Shown piece after piece: positions 1 to 13,304 of a stretch of DNA of 63,528 nucleotides (its first letter is position 1; the number at the start of each line of letters is the position of its first letter). The notes under the pieces were generated by a model, which was not told where the DNA came from, made no database searches, and was given only the letters and a program-made list of their open reading frames with translations. The DNA comes from Octopus bimaculoides. Taxonomy: Eukaryota. Made by a program: the position numbers and the translations under genes. The stretch is taken from NCBI RefSeq assembly GCF_001194135.2, contig NC_068997.1:20160791-20224318 (forward strand). Direction: 5' to 3'.

Positions 1-516
1 AACGGCAAACAGAACAAAACAAGATACACGGATCGTTCGCAGCCAATTGCTTCGTCAGTCGGAGTCTGGAATGTCTACGTAGTTTCGCCCAATCCTCTCC
101 GATACTACTCGAAACCAGTTGAGTCAAGGGCTTAAGCTGAAGGCATTAAGCCCCTGAGCAAGGCAAACGAATGTACATATACAAACACAAGGAAATAACA
201 AATACTATCGGACGAACGTAACATAAGATATAGAATTATACATACACAATGGACAAAAAAGCCTTTCGGCTATACAACAAAAATAAAACAAAACAAACGG
301 AACCTTTCGACTATCAGACAGTGTAGTAAGGTGCATTTACTCTCAACATTCTCGCTACAGTCGTCCATCTTTTCCGAAATATTCCGTGTGACAGGCATCT
401 CCTCTCCATCCTTATTTTCCTTTTCATATGGAAAAGGAAAAAGTTCACCAGCCAAAGTGAAAGTGAAAGTGCCTGTCACGATCCCTTCCACACTCGTCTT
501 CCACACTACCCCCTTT
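1..516 (-). mobile_element. Probable 3' LTR of an LTR retrotransposon, running off the window start, with polypurine tract
   Basis: The minus strand reads AAAGGGGGTAG (516-506) immediately followed by TGTGG (505), a PPT-then-TG pattern. The sequence retains CpG, unlike the intronic DNA. The other LTR end is outside the window. Confidence 0.4.
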
Positions 517-744
517 GTGATAGCTACCACGCAGAGGAAACAAAAGGTTTGGATCCAAAGGTTTTTTTAACCCAGCATGTACACAATATTATTTATAGCT
601 TTATTTGCTTCGAGTTAAACCGTTCCAAAAAAGAATTGTTTTCTCGAAGTTTCTGAATCAAACCATCAACGATGTGCACACATACATACATACATACATA
701 TATAAACACACACACACAACGATATGCATGTGTATATATATGTG

Positions 745-785
<41 letters not shown>

Positions 786-845
786 TATGTGTATGTATAT
801 ATGTGTATACATATGAGCGTATCTGAGTGAGTATGTCTGTATCCA

Positions 846-887
<42 letters not shown>

Positions 888-1348
888 GAGCAACCTTGAG
901 TATTTTTCTGTAAATGTGTCTGTAATTTCATGTATGTATGTATATAAACATAGTGAACTCTCTTGAATGCTTATGTGCATATGTATTCACATATATAAGC
1001 TTCGTGTTGTAATTACGTATCTATACGTAGTGTCTATCTTTGACTATGAGCGGGAAAAGTGACTGGTAGTAAGAAACGAGAGAAGGTAATCATCTCAAGA
1101 TAAATTTATCATCTAATGATACCTGTCTTCTTCCCTTTACTATTAACAGACGTTAATTTCCTGTTATTCAGGCCGTTGCAATGACCATTAACAAAGCGCA
1201 TATATTTTTACTAAATTTTATAATAATTTTCAATTGGCCTACTCTTTGCAGTGTTATCATAGTACCATCACAGGTCAAAGTATATTTAAACTGTCGGCCA
1301 GGCTAAGTCTAAATTATTGTATAAAATAAAATTTTCTACATTCAGTTG

Positions 1349-1918
1349 TGTAACTGGGGCAGGGGTAGAGACAGGAGCGGCACGCCCTGGGGGACGCTTT
1401 TAGAGAAGTGGTGGTGGGAGGAGGGTACGTTTCGATCTGCTGCATAAGCCTATATAGAGGAAAGGGACAGCAGATTCAAGGGCTGCCCTTGGTGGTATAC
1501 TCACTCTAAGCTGCACCACTGTCTACCTTTAAAACGTATTGGGTTGCCCGACCATCCAACTCCCTTGTTCGTCATGTTCTACGTTCGTTCCTGTATACCT
1601 CTGACCATCTTCCACTCTAATTCCACTTTCTCACCCTATAAATACTCCTCCAGCATTTACCCACCTATAGTGATTCTACTGACGCCACGCTTGCTTCTAT
1701 AACCCCTTCTAGGACATGTCTTGAGGATACACTCTGACACCTTGTCACCGCCCACTTATATATATATATAATGCGGGGTAACCCTGAATCCTTCACGACT
1801 GTAATTCTTTTCCTGTTTCATCTGTAGTACTTTGACCTCTCAACACCTCACATGCAGCCACCAAGCTTTCTCTAATACTTCTCTCAATCGAAGGGGCTCT
1901 TTAGTCTTACGAGTTACA
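1349..1918. mobile_element. Probable solo LTR (~570 bp)
   Basis: Begins TGTAACT and ends AGTTACA (7-bp inverted termini, TG...CA). Internal TATA-like CCTATAAATA near 1635, with higher GC than the flanks. TSD not clear. Confidence 0.55.
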
Positions 1919-1920
1919 AG

Positions 1921-2125
1921 CAGGGCTGGATTAAGATCCATAGAGTCCCTAAGCACTTAAAAGATTTTGGTGCCCTCCCCACCGCCATATACATGTAATT
2001 TAAAATATAAACAACAATAAATCATAAAATAAATTTCTATTTTTCAAAAGTAAGATGGAAAACAATGTTTAGTTTTGTATACTTCCATTTTATTTATATT
2101 TGAAAAGTTTTCTCCTACTTTTTTT
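1921..2125 (+). mobile_element. Non-autonomous DNA transposon fragment, hAT-like terminus CAGGGCTGGATTAAG; further copies at 17464-17690 (+) and about 41590-42324 (-)
   Basis: Three recognisably homologous copies in the window. The family assignment rests only on the terminus style. Confidence 0.55.
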
Positions 2126-2427
2126 AATTGCAAAGTCTTTGATCAGATCTTCACTATAACACCATGAATACTTCTAAATCATATTTTTGGTCATATAAAT
2201 CACTTCGAATATTATTTTAGCAAGTTTAAGTGATTTCTTTTGTGTCATAAACCATTTACTATTTCTGTAATGCTCCTCTTCCCTTGTTGCCTGAAGAATG
2301 TGCTTATTTTACTCAATGGTTAGTCCAGCACTGGTTGCAAGGTAACATCAATAGTATAGGTGACATGACAGTACACTCAGTATGGTGGTTGGCGTTAAGA
2401 AGGGCATCTAGATATAGAAATCATGTC

Positions 2428-2461
<34 letters not shown>

Positions 2462-2472
2462 ATGTATATATA

Positions 2473-2677
2473 CAGGGTAGCCCAAAAGTAGGTTTACTGT
2501 TAACACGTAGGCACTTTAAATTTCTTTTAAAGCATTTTATTACACTTAAATTTCTATCTTACAAACAGAAAAGGGAACTTGACAAAATTAGCTAAATTAG
2601 TATAGAATAATGGTTTCAACTGTTAATATATGAATGCGAAAGAGATAGTTGAATAAACTTACTTTTGGGCCACCCTG
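2473..2677. mobile_element. Tc1/mariner-type MITE
   Basis: TIRs CAGGGTAGCCCAAAAGTAGGTTTA and TAAACTTACTTTTGGGCCACCCTG, with TA on both sides (2471-2472, 2678-2679). Confidence 0.85.
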
Positions 2678-2700
2678 TATGTGCATACACACACACACAC

Positions 2701-2759
<59 letters not shown>

Positions 2760-2769
2760 NNNNNNNNNN

Positions 2770-2814
<45 letters not shown>

Positions 2815-5800
2815 ATATATATATATACACAAGTATAAATCCGTAGGCCTTCGACCTGTGATTAGTTTGCTAAGTACCAACGTACGAAACACTCGGCCTT
2901 TGAGTCACTCTGTTACTTCTGCTAATATATGTGTTTGTGTGATTACACTATTGTATGTATGTGCGTGTGTACGTATCTACCTACCTGGAGTGACAGTACA
3001 AATGTGCTACATTGCTAGTTGCCAAATCTTTCCTAAACCTTGCTAATACTGCCAGGCCAGATATAGTTTACCGCTCAAAAGGCTCAATAGACTTTCGAAC
3101 TGCTTGGCCTGCAATTATCAAGTATTGAGAGAGGGGTCAATCCGATTGATTATATTGTCGCCTTGTGCTGATGTTAGAAATCATTATTTTCAGAATGGTG
3201 GATGGCAGAATTAGTAGAGAACCGGACAAACTGCTTGTGGTATAACATCATTTCATTGTTGCCGGTTGCATAAAATATAGACGAATTTTCATGTTACGCT
3301 TGTAAGCAGAGTCCAGCGTAATAAGAATACAATACAAACACGAACGTTGTAAAATTTCTAAAGAAACTAACAATTATATTTCAACAATTGTTATCCGTCA
3401 TTTGTATTTAAGAATGATTTTAAAAATTNNNNNNNNNNNNNNNNNNNNNNNNNNNNNNNNNNNNNNNNNNNNNNNNNNNNNNNNNNNNNNNNNNNNNNNN
3501 NNNNNNNNNNNNNNNNNNNNNNNNNNNNNNNNNNNNNNNNNNNNNNNNNNNNNNNNNNNNNNNNNNNNNNNNNNNNNNNNNNNNNNNNNNNNNNNNNNNN
3601 NNNNNNNNNATTGTAATTATACCCAAAAGGAGTATATGTCTTTTGAATATGCAAAAAGCGAGTGGCCTTGCAGATCGGGTTTCCAACTCGTGAACACAAA
3701 ATTTAGGTGTTCAATTCCTGGACCTGACGTTGAACAAAGCACTTCGATCGACCTACAACAACGTTCTTCATCTTGAGTTTACTTGGTAGAGTGTGATTTG
3801 AACTCTGATTGGCTGCATGCAAATGAGTTCATTACTGGGGTCCGGAACTCTCGTGGGGAAAAAAAAATCTTGCGTCCAGGAACTGGGGCAGTCCTCTCTC
3901 TATCTCTCACTCCACCTGCAGTCATATCCTGGGTTTTCTGCTGGATCAAGGGTGATAGAGGGGTGGAGCAGGAGCACGATGGTGTCTACATCTGCTCGCG
4001 ACTGCACAGGTGTCTAAAATATTAATTTTTCAATTAACCCAGTTTAACGTATAATTAAACGAAAATATTACGATGCTGTCACGTTAACAAAGCTTTCAGT
4101 TTTACAAAAGCCTTCACTCTTTTTTAAGAGGAGAGTCATTTATTTATTCATTTATTTTCATTTATTTATTATTGGATAGGATATTGAATGTTCGGTTCGG
4201 TACATGCCTATTAATTTTTTTCATTTTGCCGAATATAACGTATAATTTAACAAAACTAACGCCACTCTTTGGCTTTATCCTCGGTGTTAGTATCACATAA
4301 AGCTTTCGTTTTTTGTATTTGTTGTGAGGACGACTGAATAATCGAACACCACCCCTCATTCCAATTGAAATATCGGCCTCTCCTCAACAGAAATTATAAC
4401 GAACTCGTATCAGCTTCTATATCTGAAAATCATTGGCAAATAAGACCTCGTAATTCATTAGGACGTTAAAATTGCAGTTGAAATCTTCATGAAGTCATTT
4501 AAATAAGGGCTGCCCAAATTAATGGGTCGCGGACTAATACTATGCTGTGGATCATTTGCTACTGGGCCGTATAGTAAGAATAAACTTTAAAATTTTGACT
4601 TCCACATCNNNNNNNNNNNNNNNNNNNNNNNNNNNNNNNNNNNNNNNNNNNNNNNNNNNNNNNNNNNNNNNNNNNNNNNNNNNNNNNNNNNNNNNNNNNN
4701 NNNNNNNNNNNNNNNNNNNNNNNNNNNNNNNNNNNNNNNNNNNNNNNNNNNNNNNNNNNNNNNNNNNNNNNNNNNNNNNNNNNNNNNNNNNNNNNNNNNN
4801 NNNNNNNNNNNNNNNNNNNNNNNNNNNNNNNNNNNNNNNNNNNNNNNNNNNNNNNNNNNNNNNNNNNNNNNNNNNNNNNNNNNNNNNNNNNNNNNNNNNN
4901 NNNNNNNNNNNNNNNNNNNNNNNNNNNNNNNNNNNNNNNNNNNNNNNNNNNNNNNNNNNNNNNNNNNNNNNNNNNNNNNNNNNNNNNNNNNNNNNNNNNN
5001 NNNNNNNNNNNNNNNNNNNNNNNNNNNNNNAAAAAAAAAAGTGTTCTAGGTGTAAAATAATGTATAGTAAACGAATATGAAGAAAAAAAATTTCACCGAC
5101 GAACGAGGAAGTGGTGAGAGGACTCGGAACATTCCCGATGTGAATTTTCCGAGTCCTATCCCCCGCCACCACCACCCGTTTGCTAGCGCGCAGCGCATTC
5201 TTTTTTCATATTCGTTTACTACATGTTGTTTTACACCTATTGCACTATTTTTTCTCTTTTTTTTTTTTTTTTGCTCGGTTCAAACACTGGAGTTTGACCG
5301 AAAAAAGTAGGGAACCGCTGATTTAAAGAACAATAACGCTGGATTGACTCGTCCACCACATAGAAAACTCTATCGGATAACTTGAAAGCATCACAATTGT
5401 TTCTGACTTAAGGAACAGGGCCAGCTAATTTAAGGAGAGAAGGTCGGTCGATATCATTGACCTCAGTACATGACATTTATTCTATCAACCTCCGAAAGGA
5501 TTAAAGGCCAAGTTGGCCTCGTTGGAATTCGAACTCTGGCGTTAAAGAGCCGGAACAAATACTGCGAAGTATTTTCATTCTGACGCTCTAACGATTCTGC
5601 TAGCTCCACCACTCTATAGAGTATATTAATGAAACTCTCTTCCTTTCATATGTGAACTCTGCAGCCACAGTGTACGTAATTATTGATAATTGAGACAGTG
5701 GAATAAATTCTCAGCCGGAGGAAAAAAGAAAAAGTTTGACGTTTTTGAAGCAGAAACGGAGAGAGATTACATGTTTACTGTAAACATTTAATCACTCTGA

Positions 5801-6009
5801 AAAGTCTCGTCTTCCTTGCGGCATAAAATTTATGCTACTGTTTGAACTCTTTGTATTGCTATTTGCCAACACAGAGCATTTCTAGTTTCTTCAGAATCTG
5901 ATGGTTTATTATATACAGATCGGTGGACTGAGCTTGTGAATGTTAAGTGTATTTCACCAGAAATACATGGTAGTATTCATACCTCGGAGTCAGCCGCCAT
6001 AGCTATCGT

Positions 6010-6400
6010 TCTATCTTTAGTTTGCAGACCGTCTCATCAACTATCTAAAAATGCCAATTCTTAAATTTCCCAAAATAACTTTTGCTGTCTCTGTTTCTAC
6101 AGTAACTTAAATGTCAAAAAGCATTGCAACATTTCTCGTTCTACATTGAGGACTTTCAACAAGACTCTCGTCTCTCTGAGGTCATCTTCATTGGCGATTT
6201 CCATAAGCATAACTTTTGATAGCTTTTTCACACCATCTGCTTTGACGCAACTGGTTTAGCGACTGCATTATCTGCTTTCGTAAATAATCTATACTTCTCA
6301 CTTTCACCTTTACTTTCTCTCCGATCGATCTTCTGACTTTCCAAACGTATTTGATCTTTACCGCACATCAACACCCATATTTTATTCAAACATTTTCTTT
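6010..6400 (+). mobile_element. Decayed LINE AP-endonuclease fragment (Jockey-like)
   Basis: Interrupted translation gives VIFIGDFHKHN and DRSSDFPNVFDLYRTS, resembling the ILGDFN and DRxxDxPNxLDLFLTS motifs of APE domains. Contains stops and frameshifts. Confidence 0.5.
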
Positions 6401-7989
6401 TCCCTCGTCCACATAATTTACACCGCAACAAAAATTCACAACAAAGTCATTTAAAATTAACCATACAGACTTTTGTAACATTTGTTTCCTTGTCCCAGAT
6501 TTTCATTCAAATTTCCAGTATTTTTAAGGGTTATTTTTAGTACGAGGATGGGGTAACTCATCAGGTTATGTTTCTACTTTCACTTTCGCATTAGTTGTTA
6601 GTACGAGTTCGTTCGGTGGCCAACGAAGTTTTTTTTTTTTTTTGTATTTAGTTTGTTAGGTTCGGGCATATGTGTGTGTGTGGTTGAAAAATTTGCTTCG
6701 TAACCACGTGGTTTCGGGTTCAGTCCCACTACGCTACACCTTGGGTAAGAGTTTCACACTACAGCCCCAGGCCGACATATCCCCGGTCCGTTCATTGTCT
6801 CATTAGAGAATTTGGTAGGTGGAAACNNNNNNNNNNNNNNNNNNNNNNNNNNNNNNNNNNNNNNNNNNNNNNNNNNNNNNNNNNNNNNNNNNNNNNNNNN
6901 NNNNNNNNNNNNNNNNNNNNNNNNNNNNNNNNNNNNNNNNNNNNNNNNNNNNNNNNNNNNNNNNNNNNNNNNNNNNNNNNNNNNNNNNNNNNNNNNNNNN
7001 NNNNNNNNNNNNNNNNNNNNNNNNNNNNNNNNNNNNNNNNNNNNNNNNNNNNNNNNNNNNNNNNNNNNNNNNNNNNNNNNNNNNNNNNNNNNNNNNNNNN
7101 NNNNNNNNNNNNNNNNNNNNNNNNNNNNNNNNNNNNNNNNNNNNNNNNNNNNNNNNNNNNNNNNNNNNNNNNNNNNNNNNNNNNNNNNNNNNNNNNNNNN
7201 NNNNNNNNNNNNNNNNNNNNNNNNNNNNNNNNNNNNNNNNNNNNNNNNNNNNNNNNNNNNNNNNNNNNNNNNNNNNNNNNNNNNNNNNNNNNNNNNNNNN
7301 NNNNNNNNNNNNNNNNNNNNNNNNNNNNNNNNNNNNNNNNNNNNNNNNNNNNNNNNNNNNNNNNNNNNNNNNNNNNNNNNNNNNNNNNNNNNNNNNNNNN
7401 NNNNNNNNNNNNNNNNNNNNNNNNNNNNNNNNNNNNNNNNNNNNNNNNNNNNNNNNNNNNNNNNNNNNNNNNNNNNNNNNNNNNNNNNNNNNNNNNNNNN
7501 NNNNNNNNNNNNNNNNNNNNNNNNNNNNNNNNNNNNNNNNNNNNNNNNNNNNNNNNNNNNNNNNNNNNNNNNNNNNNNNNNNNNNNNNNNNNNNNNNNNN
7601 NNNNNNNNNNNNNNNNNNNNNNNNNNNNTATATATATATATATATATATATATTCTCTCTTAAGATATTATGCTCAGGTCATATAAATATAAATTTAATA
7701 TATACTTGATATTTACTGAGTATTAATTGAAATAACTGTAAATGAAGATGTTTAATTTGCTGATAATAATAAACAATTATTAACTTCCCACTCTCTGTTT
7801 TCTTTTTCTTCTTTTATATGAATATAAACTATGTTTTTATATGTACACCTATTATTTTAAGGAAATTTATTTCCCAAAAATACTAGGTGTTGAACCAGTA
7901 TTTCCTTGGATGAAACCATCCCTTCTTGAGGTTATCACAACCTCTAGTCATATATGTATGTATGTATGTATGTATACGTACGTATGTTT

Positions 7990-8265
7990 TATAAAATGGT
8001 TCAGTAGTTAAAGCTCACAATCATGAGGTAGTGAGTTTGATTCCCAGACTGGGCTGTGTGCTGTGTTCTTGAACAAGCAAAAAACTTTAATTCACATTGC
8101 TCCAGTTCACTCATCTGTAGAAATGTCACTAGTGCCAAACTGTATCAACCTTTGCCTTTCCCTTGGATAACATCAGTGGTGTAGAGAGAGGAGGCTGGTA
8201 TGCATGGGTAACTGCAGGTATTCCATAGACAACCTTGCCCAGACTTGTGCCTCAGAGGGGAACTT
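7990..8265 (+). mobile_element. tRNA-related SINE (CCAGTTCACTCAGCTGTAGAAATG family); related copies at about 17140-17430 and 20705-21025
   Basis: Several homologous dispersed copies with A/B-box-like 5' parts. Confidence 0.7.
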
Positions 8266-9058
8266 CATAGGTGCAATCCCATGGTCATTCATGACCAAAG
8301 GGGGTCTTTACCCTAATTCAATTAATGAGATATACTAACAATATAAACGGTGAAGAAGTGCTTTGAAAATTGGCTTGGCTAGTCTTCTCAAACGCAGCAT
8401 ATCGCCCATCGTTTGAAGGGTGTTTTTTTACGTGCCAGTCAAGCGAAACTGGCATCAGTCACGACTACAATCTCACTTGGCTTGACAGGTCTTCTCAAGC
8501 ACAGGTCTCAGTCACTTGTCATTACCTCCGTGAAGTCCAACATTCAAAGATGCAGTTGACTAAACCAATCAAGGCAATACCCCAGCATGGCCACAGATAA
8601 TGATTGGAACAAATAAATGAAGAAATATCTTTTTATATTTGATTCTAAAACTTTTATATCTTTATTAATTCTATAAACCCGCTCTCTCCACCATCCAATC
8701 CTTTACTTCACCGCTAACTTCTCTGGTTTTTATTCAAAATCATTAAATTGTCCATTATATTAAATACATATTAATAGTCTGTTTCATTATTGTACACGTT
8801 TTATTAACCTATTTCATTTATTTACTGCTCGTTATGGTGAGTAATAAATTTTTCATTCAAGGTATAATTTAAAATTCTTTTATATTCTTATCTGTTTCCA
8901 TTCTTTACTTTACAACCATAACTTTTAGATAATTGTAATCATTTGTTTCATAAAGACACTGCTGGTCTCTTGTTATTGGTAGTTAGTCATTGCTAATTAA
9001 GTTGGCACTAGTTTTTATATAATCTCTATTTTAATTTTCTTTTTTTTTTTTTTTGCAG

Positions 9059-9085
9059 TCATGTTTAGTTATGATGCTATCACTG
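9059..9085 (+). CDS. Syt14: Candidate 27-nt microexon of the synaptotagmin-14-like gene (xMFSYDAIT, phase 1-1)
   Basis: A long poly-T tract plus GCAG acceptor ends at 9058, and a GTAATT donor starts at 9086. Length is a multiple of 3, and the phase-1 end matches the phase-1 start of exon 20091. No homology could be checked. Confidence 0.5.
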
Positions 9086-10086
9086 GTAATTGTTTCTCAC
9101 ATTTTAACTACTATAGGTGCAGGCATGGCTGTGTGGTAAGAAGTTTGCTTCCCAACCACATGGTTCCAGGTTCAGTCACACTGTGTGGTTCTTTGAGCAA
9201 GTGTCTTTTACTATAGCTCCAAGTTGACCAAAGCCTTGTGAATGGATTTGGGAGACGGAAACTGAAATAAGCCTGTTGTATATGTGTGTGTGTGTAGATA
9301 TAGATATATATATATCCAAGTCAAAAGACTGAAGCAAGTAAAAGAATAAAAGAATATTTACGTGTGTGTGTCCTTCATATCTGTGTTTATATCCCACCAC
9401 CGCTTGACAACTAGTAACTTAGTGGTTTGGCAAACGAGACTGATAGAATAAATATCAGGTTTAACAAAAAAGAAAAAAAATACTGGAATCAATTCATTCA
9501 ACTAAAAATTCAAGGTGGTGCTCCAGCATGGCCACAGTCTAATGATTGAAACATGTAAGAGATTCACTCTCAAACTTATATTTGAGTACTTTAATATGGC
9601 CGATTATAGCTTCTTTGGAACTTGTAACACTCCGAAATGTGTGGGGGTGTGTGGCGACAGAACTAGCAGTCCAAAATGTGTCAAATATAAAAACTAGTCT
9701 ACCTGATTTAGTTATAAATGTAAGAACTCTAGCTATAAATGCAGTTTCATATTGGTAGTAAAATGTAAGGTAGCTGATTGTTAATGCAACTATAGGAATA
9801 GTTGTAACAACATCATCCAATCAGTCTTTCTTTTACTGTTCATTGTGAGATTTATATAAGCATGACAGACATTTACGTCTATATTATGTGTCTAATGCAT
9901 TTATTTAATTTATGAATGCAGCTGCACTGGTGTGGCTGTACAGTTGAGAAGCTTGGTTCCCAGCCATGCATCTCAGATTTAGTGATACTTTGCTACTTGG
10001 GCGAGTATTTTCTGCTATAGCTTTAGGCTGACCAAAACCTTGTAAGTGAATTTGGTAGAGGGAAACTGAAAGAAGCCTACCATGTA

Positions 10087-10140
<54 letters not shown>

Positions 10141-10666
10141 CACACACANNNNNNNNNNTGTGTATATATATGTATATATATACACACACACATATATGTA
10201 TATGTGTGTGTGTATGTATACATGTGCTGGCACCATGTAATAGGCACCCATATTGGCACCACTTCTGCCATTGTCCAAAGGGTCCCTCTTTTTGAGGTAG
10301 TAAGGTGTGATTTGAAGGATATTTGACTGCTATTTCTAACAGGTCAAATTATGTAAGTCTTTGATGTATTAGGCAAAGAGTCTAGTTGAATGCATAGAAC
10401 TTAGGACTTTGGGCTTTCACAAGTTCTAGGGCTCAAAAGAGTGGACCTTAACCTGGTATCCATGGCATATAAGTGACTAAGATTACAATATTCTTCCCCT
10501 GGACATGACATTAGTCTGTCGAAGGGTAAACTTTCCAGCTATTTACATTTACAGCTGAGTGAACTGGAGTAGCATGAATTGAAGTGGTTCGCTCAAGAAC
10601 ACAATGAAGCACCCAGTTTGGGAATTGACACTACAATCTTACAATCATGAGTACAACACCCTAACC

Positions 10667-10991
10667 CAGTGGTTCTCAACCAGGATTCATATAGACCCTG
10701 ATGGTCCATATAAGATTTTGTGGGGTCCATGCTACAAAATAGTACATTGGGCATCCACAATAGTATTTTAAGGGCCCGTGAAAAAAGTTTACTTTAGATG
10801 TATGTATTGGTATGTATTGCAAGAAACAGCCAGCATAACCTACAGAAGTTAAAGTATGATAAACAAAACACAAATTTTGAAAGAAGTATAAAACTAGTTT
10901 TTAAACATTGAATGATGGCTATGGGGGATGTCCACCAGAATGAAATAGTAATCAAAGGGGTCCATAGATATAAAATGGTTGAGAACCCCTG
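10667..10991. mobile_element. hAT-type MITE inserted into a SINE
   Basis: TIRs CAGTGGTTCTCAACC and GGTTGAGAACCCCTG; 8-bp TSD CCCTAACC / CCCTCACC (one mismatch). Confidence 0.85.
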
Positions 10992-12613
10992 CCCTCACCA
11001 TTAGACCAATTTCCCAGTGATTAGGTGGGAAAGGCAGACAAATTCAAGTCTTATACATGCAGAATGAATGTAGGTCAGAAAGATTGCTATCAGGACACAC
11101 TTTGAAAGTGCAATCTGCCAAGAAACTCTACAATTCAAGAGATGTATGACAGAGAGAGCCCATAAGCAAGCAGTAGTTTGTAAGTGATTTTGGTCAGTGT
11201 GTGCTGCTGTTCCTCCTCAAAAGGGTCAAGAATATCTGGTAGTAATAAATGATCTTACATGCTGAATGTATTATTAATAAAATATGGAATAAAAAAAAAT
11301 ATATAAAACAAAAACAAAACTGAATGAATATGATAATGTTGAAATTTCCATAGATGCAGACACGTCCACTTAACTAGAATGTTAATTGTATAGTTCAATA
11401 TTTCTTGTTGAAGGCCAAATTGACATTTATCCAGTTATACCTCGATTATACTACACTAATTTTCCACTCTGCATTTCTCCCTTATCTTTCATACTCTTTC
11501 TCTTACTCCTTTATCATCATTACTCCATTAAATCTCTCTCCCTGTTATTCGTTGTGCTATCTTCCATTTTGTTTGTCTTTCTTTCTCATGCCTTTTCCTC
11601 TATTGTCTAGTCTACTGTCTCTTTTATCTGTCTGTCTATCTCTCTCTTAATTTCTCTTGGGTTTTTCTCTTTTTCTCTTCTCACTCTCTCTTATATTACC
11701 TTTTCCTTTCTCCATATCTCACATTATCACTCTCAAATTCTCTAAATCATTATTCATTAATTATCCTCCTGATATAGTCCAACATCAGAAGAATCGCCAT
11801 TTTACTTTATTTGAAACAAACCTGCAATTTAGCTTTGGAAGCTCATTTTCATTGGTCAAAACTTGGACAATGTTACTTCATTGGTGGAAATTTAAGACAG
11901 CAAATTTGAAATTAATGAATCTATTGATATTGAAAGAATAAAGAAACAAATGACAACCCTGTGGAGTCTGTACATAAATATAATGAACTTGACCTATTTG
12001 TGGCTTTAATAATAAGATTAAGAAATTACGTAACACATAAATTAATTAACTCTTTAAAACAAAATAATTCTTGACTTGCTCTTCAAATTTTGTTTTAAAT
12101 TTATTAATATAATCTCAAAATTGTCCTTCCTGATTAGAGTTAATACATTCATACACTCTCTGGTGTGTTCCATAATTAATACTAATTATCAAAGCCACAA
12201 ATTCATATGATTTATTCTAGAAAATGAATGACTAAGCAAAATGACTCCTCAGGGGCGCCTGCTGCATGAGACATTGGCTGTTATATAGTGTAAGGTATAT
12301 CGTTGTGAGAACAGTGTGTCTCATAAGCTCTTGGTTTGATAATTTTCAGTGCTACTGCAACCTTTGTTGTCATACAGTCCATCCTCTGTTCACTCTAAGC
12401 TGTCTGCATGCATATTTGCTGACATGTTTTGCAGCTAGTGCACAAAAGAAATTAATGTGGACACAAAAGGTTAGTTATGTGCAATGTTGTAATAATTAAT
12501 ATAATTATTATACACACACATTTATGTATATGTATATATGACATATTTACCGATACAAATATATGTATATCTTTATGTATGCATGTGTGTGTAGGTATGT
12601 ATATTGGTCTCTG

Positions 12614-12671
<58 letters not shown>

Positions 12672-13248
12672 NNNNNNNNNNNNNNNNNNNNNNNNNNNNN
12701 NNNNNNNNNNNNNNNNNNNNNNNNNNNNNNNNNNNNNNNNNNNNNNNNNNNNNNNNNNNNNNNNNNNNNNNNNNNNNNNNNNNNNNNNNNNNNNNNNNNN
12801 NNNNNNNNNNNNNNNNNNNNNNNNNNNNNNNNNNNNNNNNNNNNNNNNNNNNNNNNNNNNNNNNNNNNNNNNNNNNNNNNNNNNNNNNNNNNNNNNNNNN
12901 NNNNNNNNNNNNNNNNNNNNNNNNNNNNNNNNNNNNNNNNNNNNNNNNNNNNNNNNNNNNNNNNNNNNNNNNNNNNNNNNNNNNNNNNNNNNNNNNNNNN
13001 NNNNNNNNNNNNNNNNNNNNNNNNNNNNNNNNNNNNNNNNNNNNNNNNNNNNNNNNNNNNNNNNNNNNNNNNNNNNNNNNNNNNNNNNNNNNNNNNNNNN
13101 NNNNNNNNNNNNNNNNNNNNNNNNNNNNNNNNNNNNNNNNNNNNNNNNNNNNNNNNNNNNNNNNNNNNNNNNNNNNNNNNNNNNNNNNNNNNNNNNNNNN
13201 NNNNNNNNNNNNNNNNNNNNNNNNNNNNNNNNNNNNNNNNNNNNNNNN

Positions 13249-13304
<56 letters not shown>

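Noticed and set aside
30-110. Minus-strand CTGACGA plus GAAACTAC as a hammerhead
   Set aside because: The boxes are in the wrong order and stem III cannot be formed with the required pairing.
1422-1489. Minus-strand stem followed by GAAACGTA-CCCT, resembling the 3' half of a hammerhead
   Set aside because: The 5' core reads CAGCCCTTGA rather than CTGANGA.
3790-4010. ORFs 3783..4025 and 3817..4017; possible CR1-like 3' end on the minus strand
   Set aside because: No splice or homology support as a gene, and the LINE similarity is too faint to call.
4162-4359. 65-aa minus-strand ORF in the CpG-richer region as the first exon of a divergent gene
   Set aside because: No recognisable domain, no clear donor, and no downstream exons in 1-4100.
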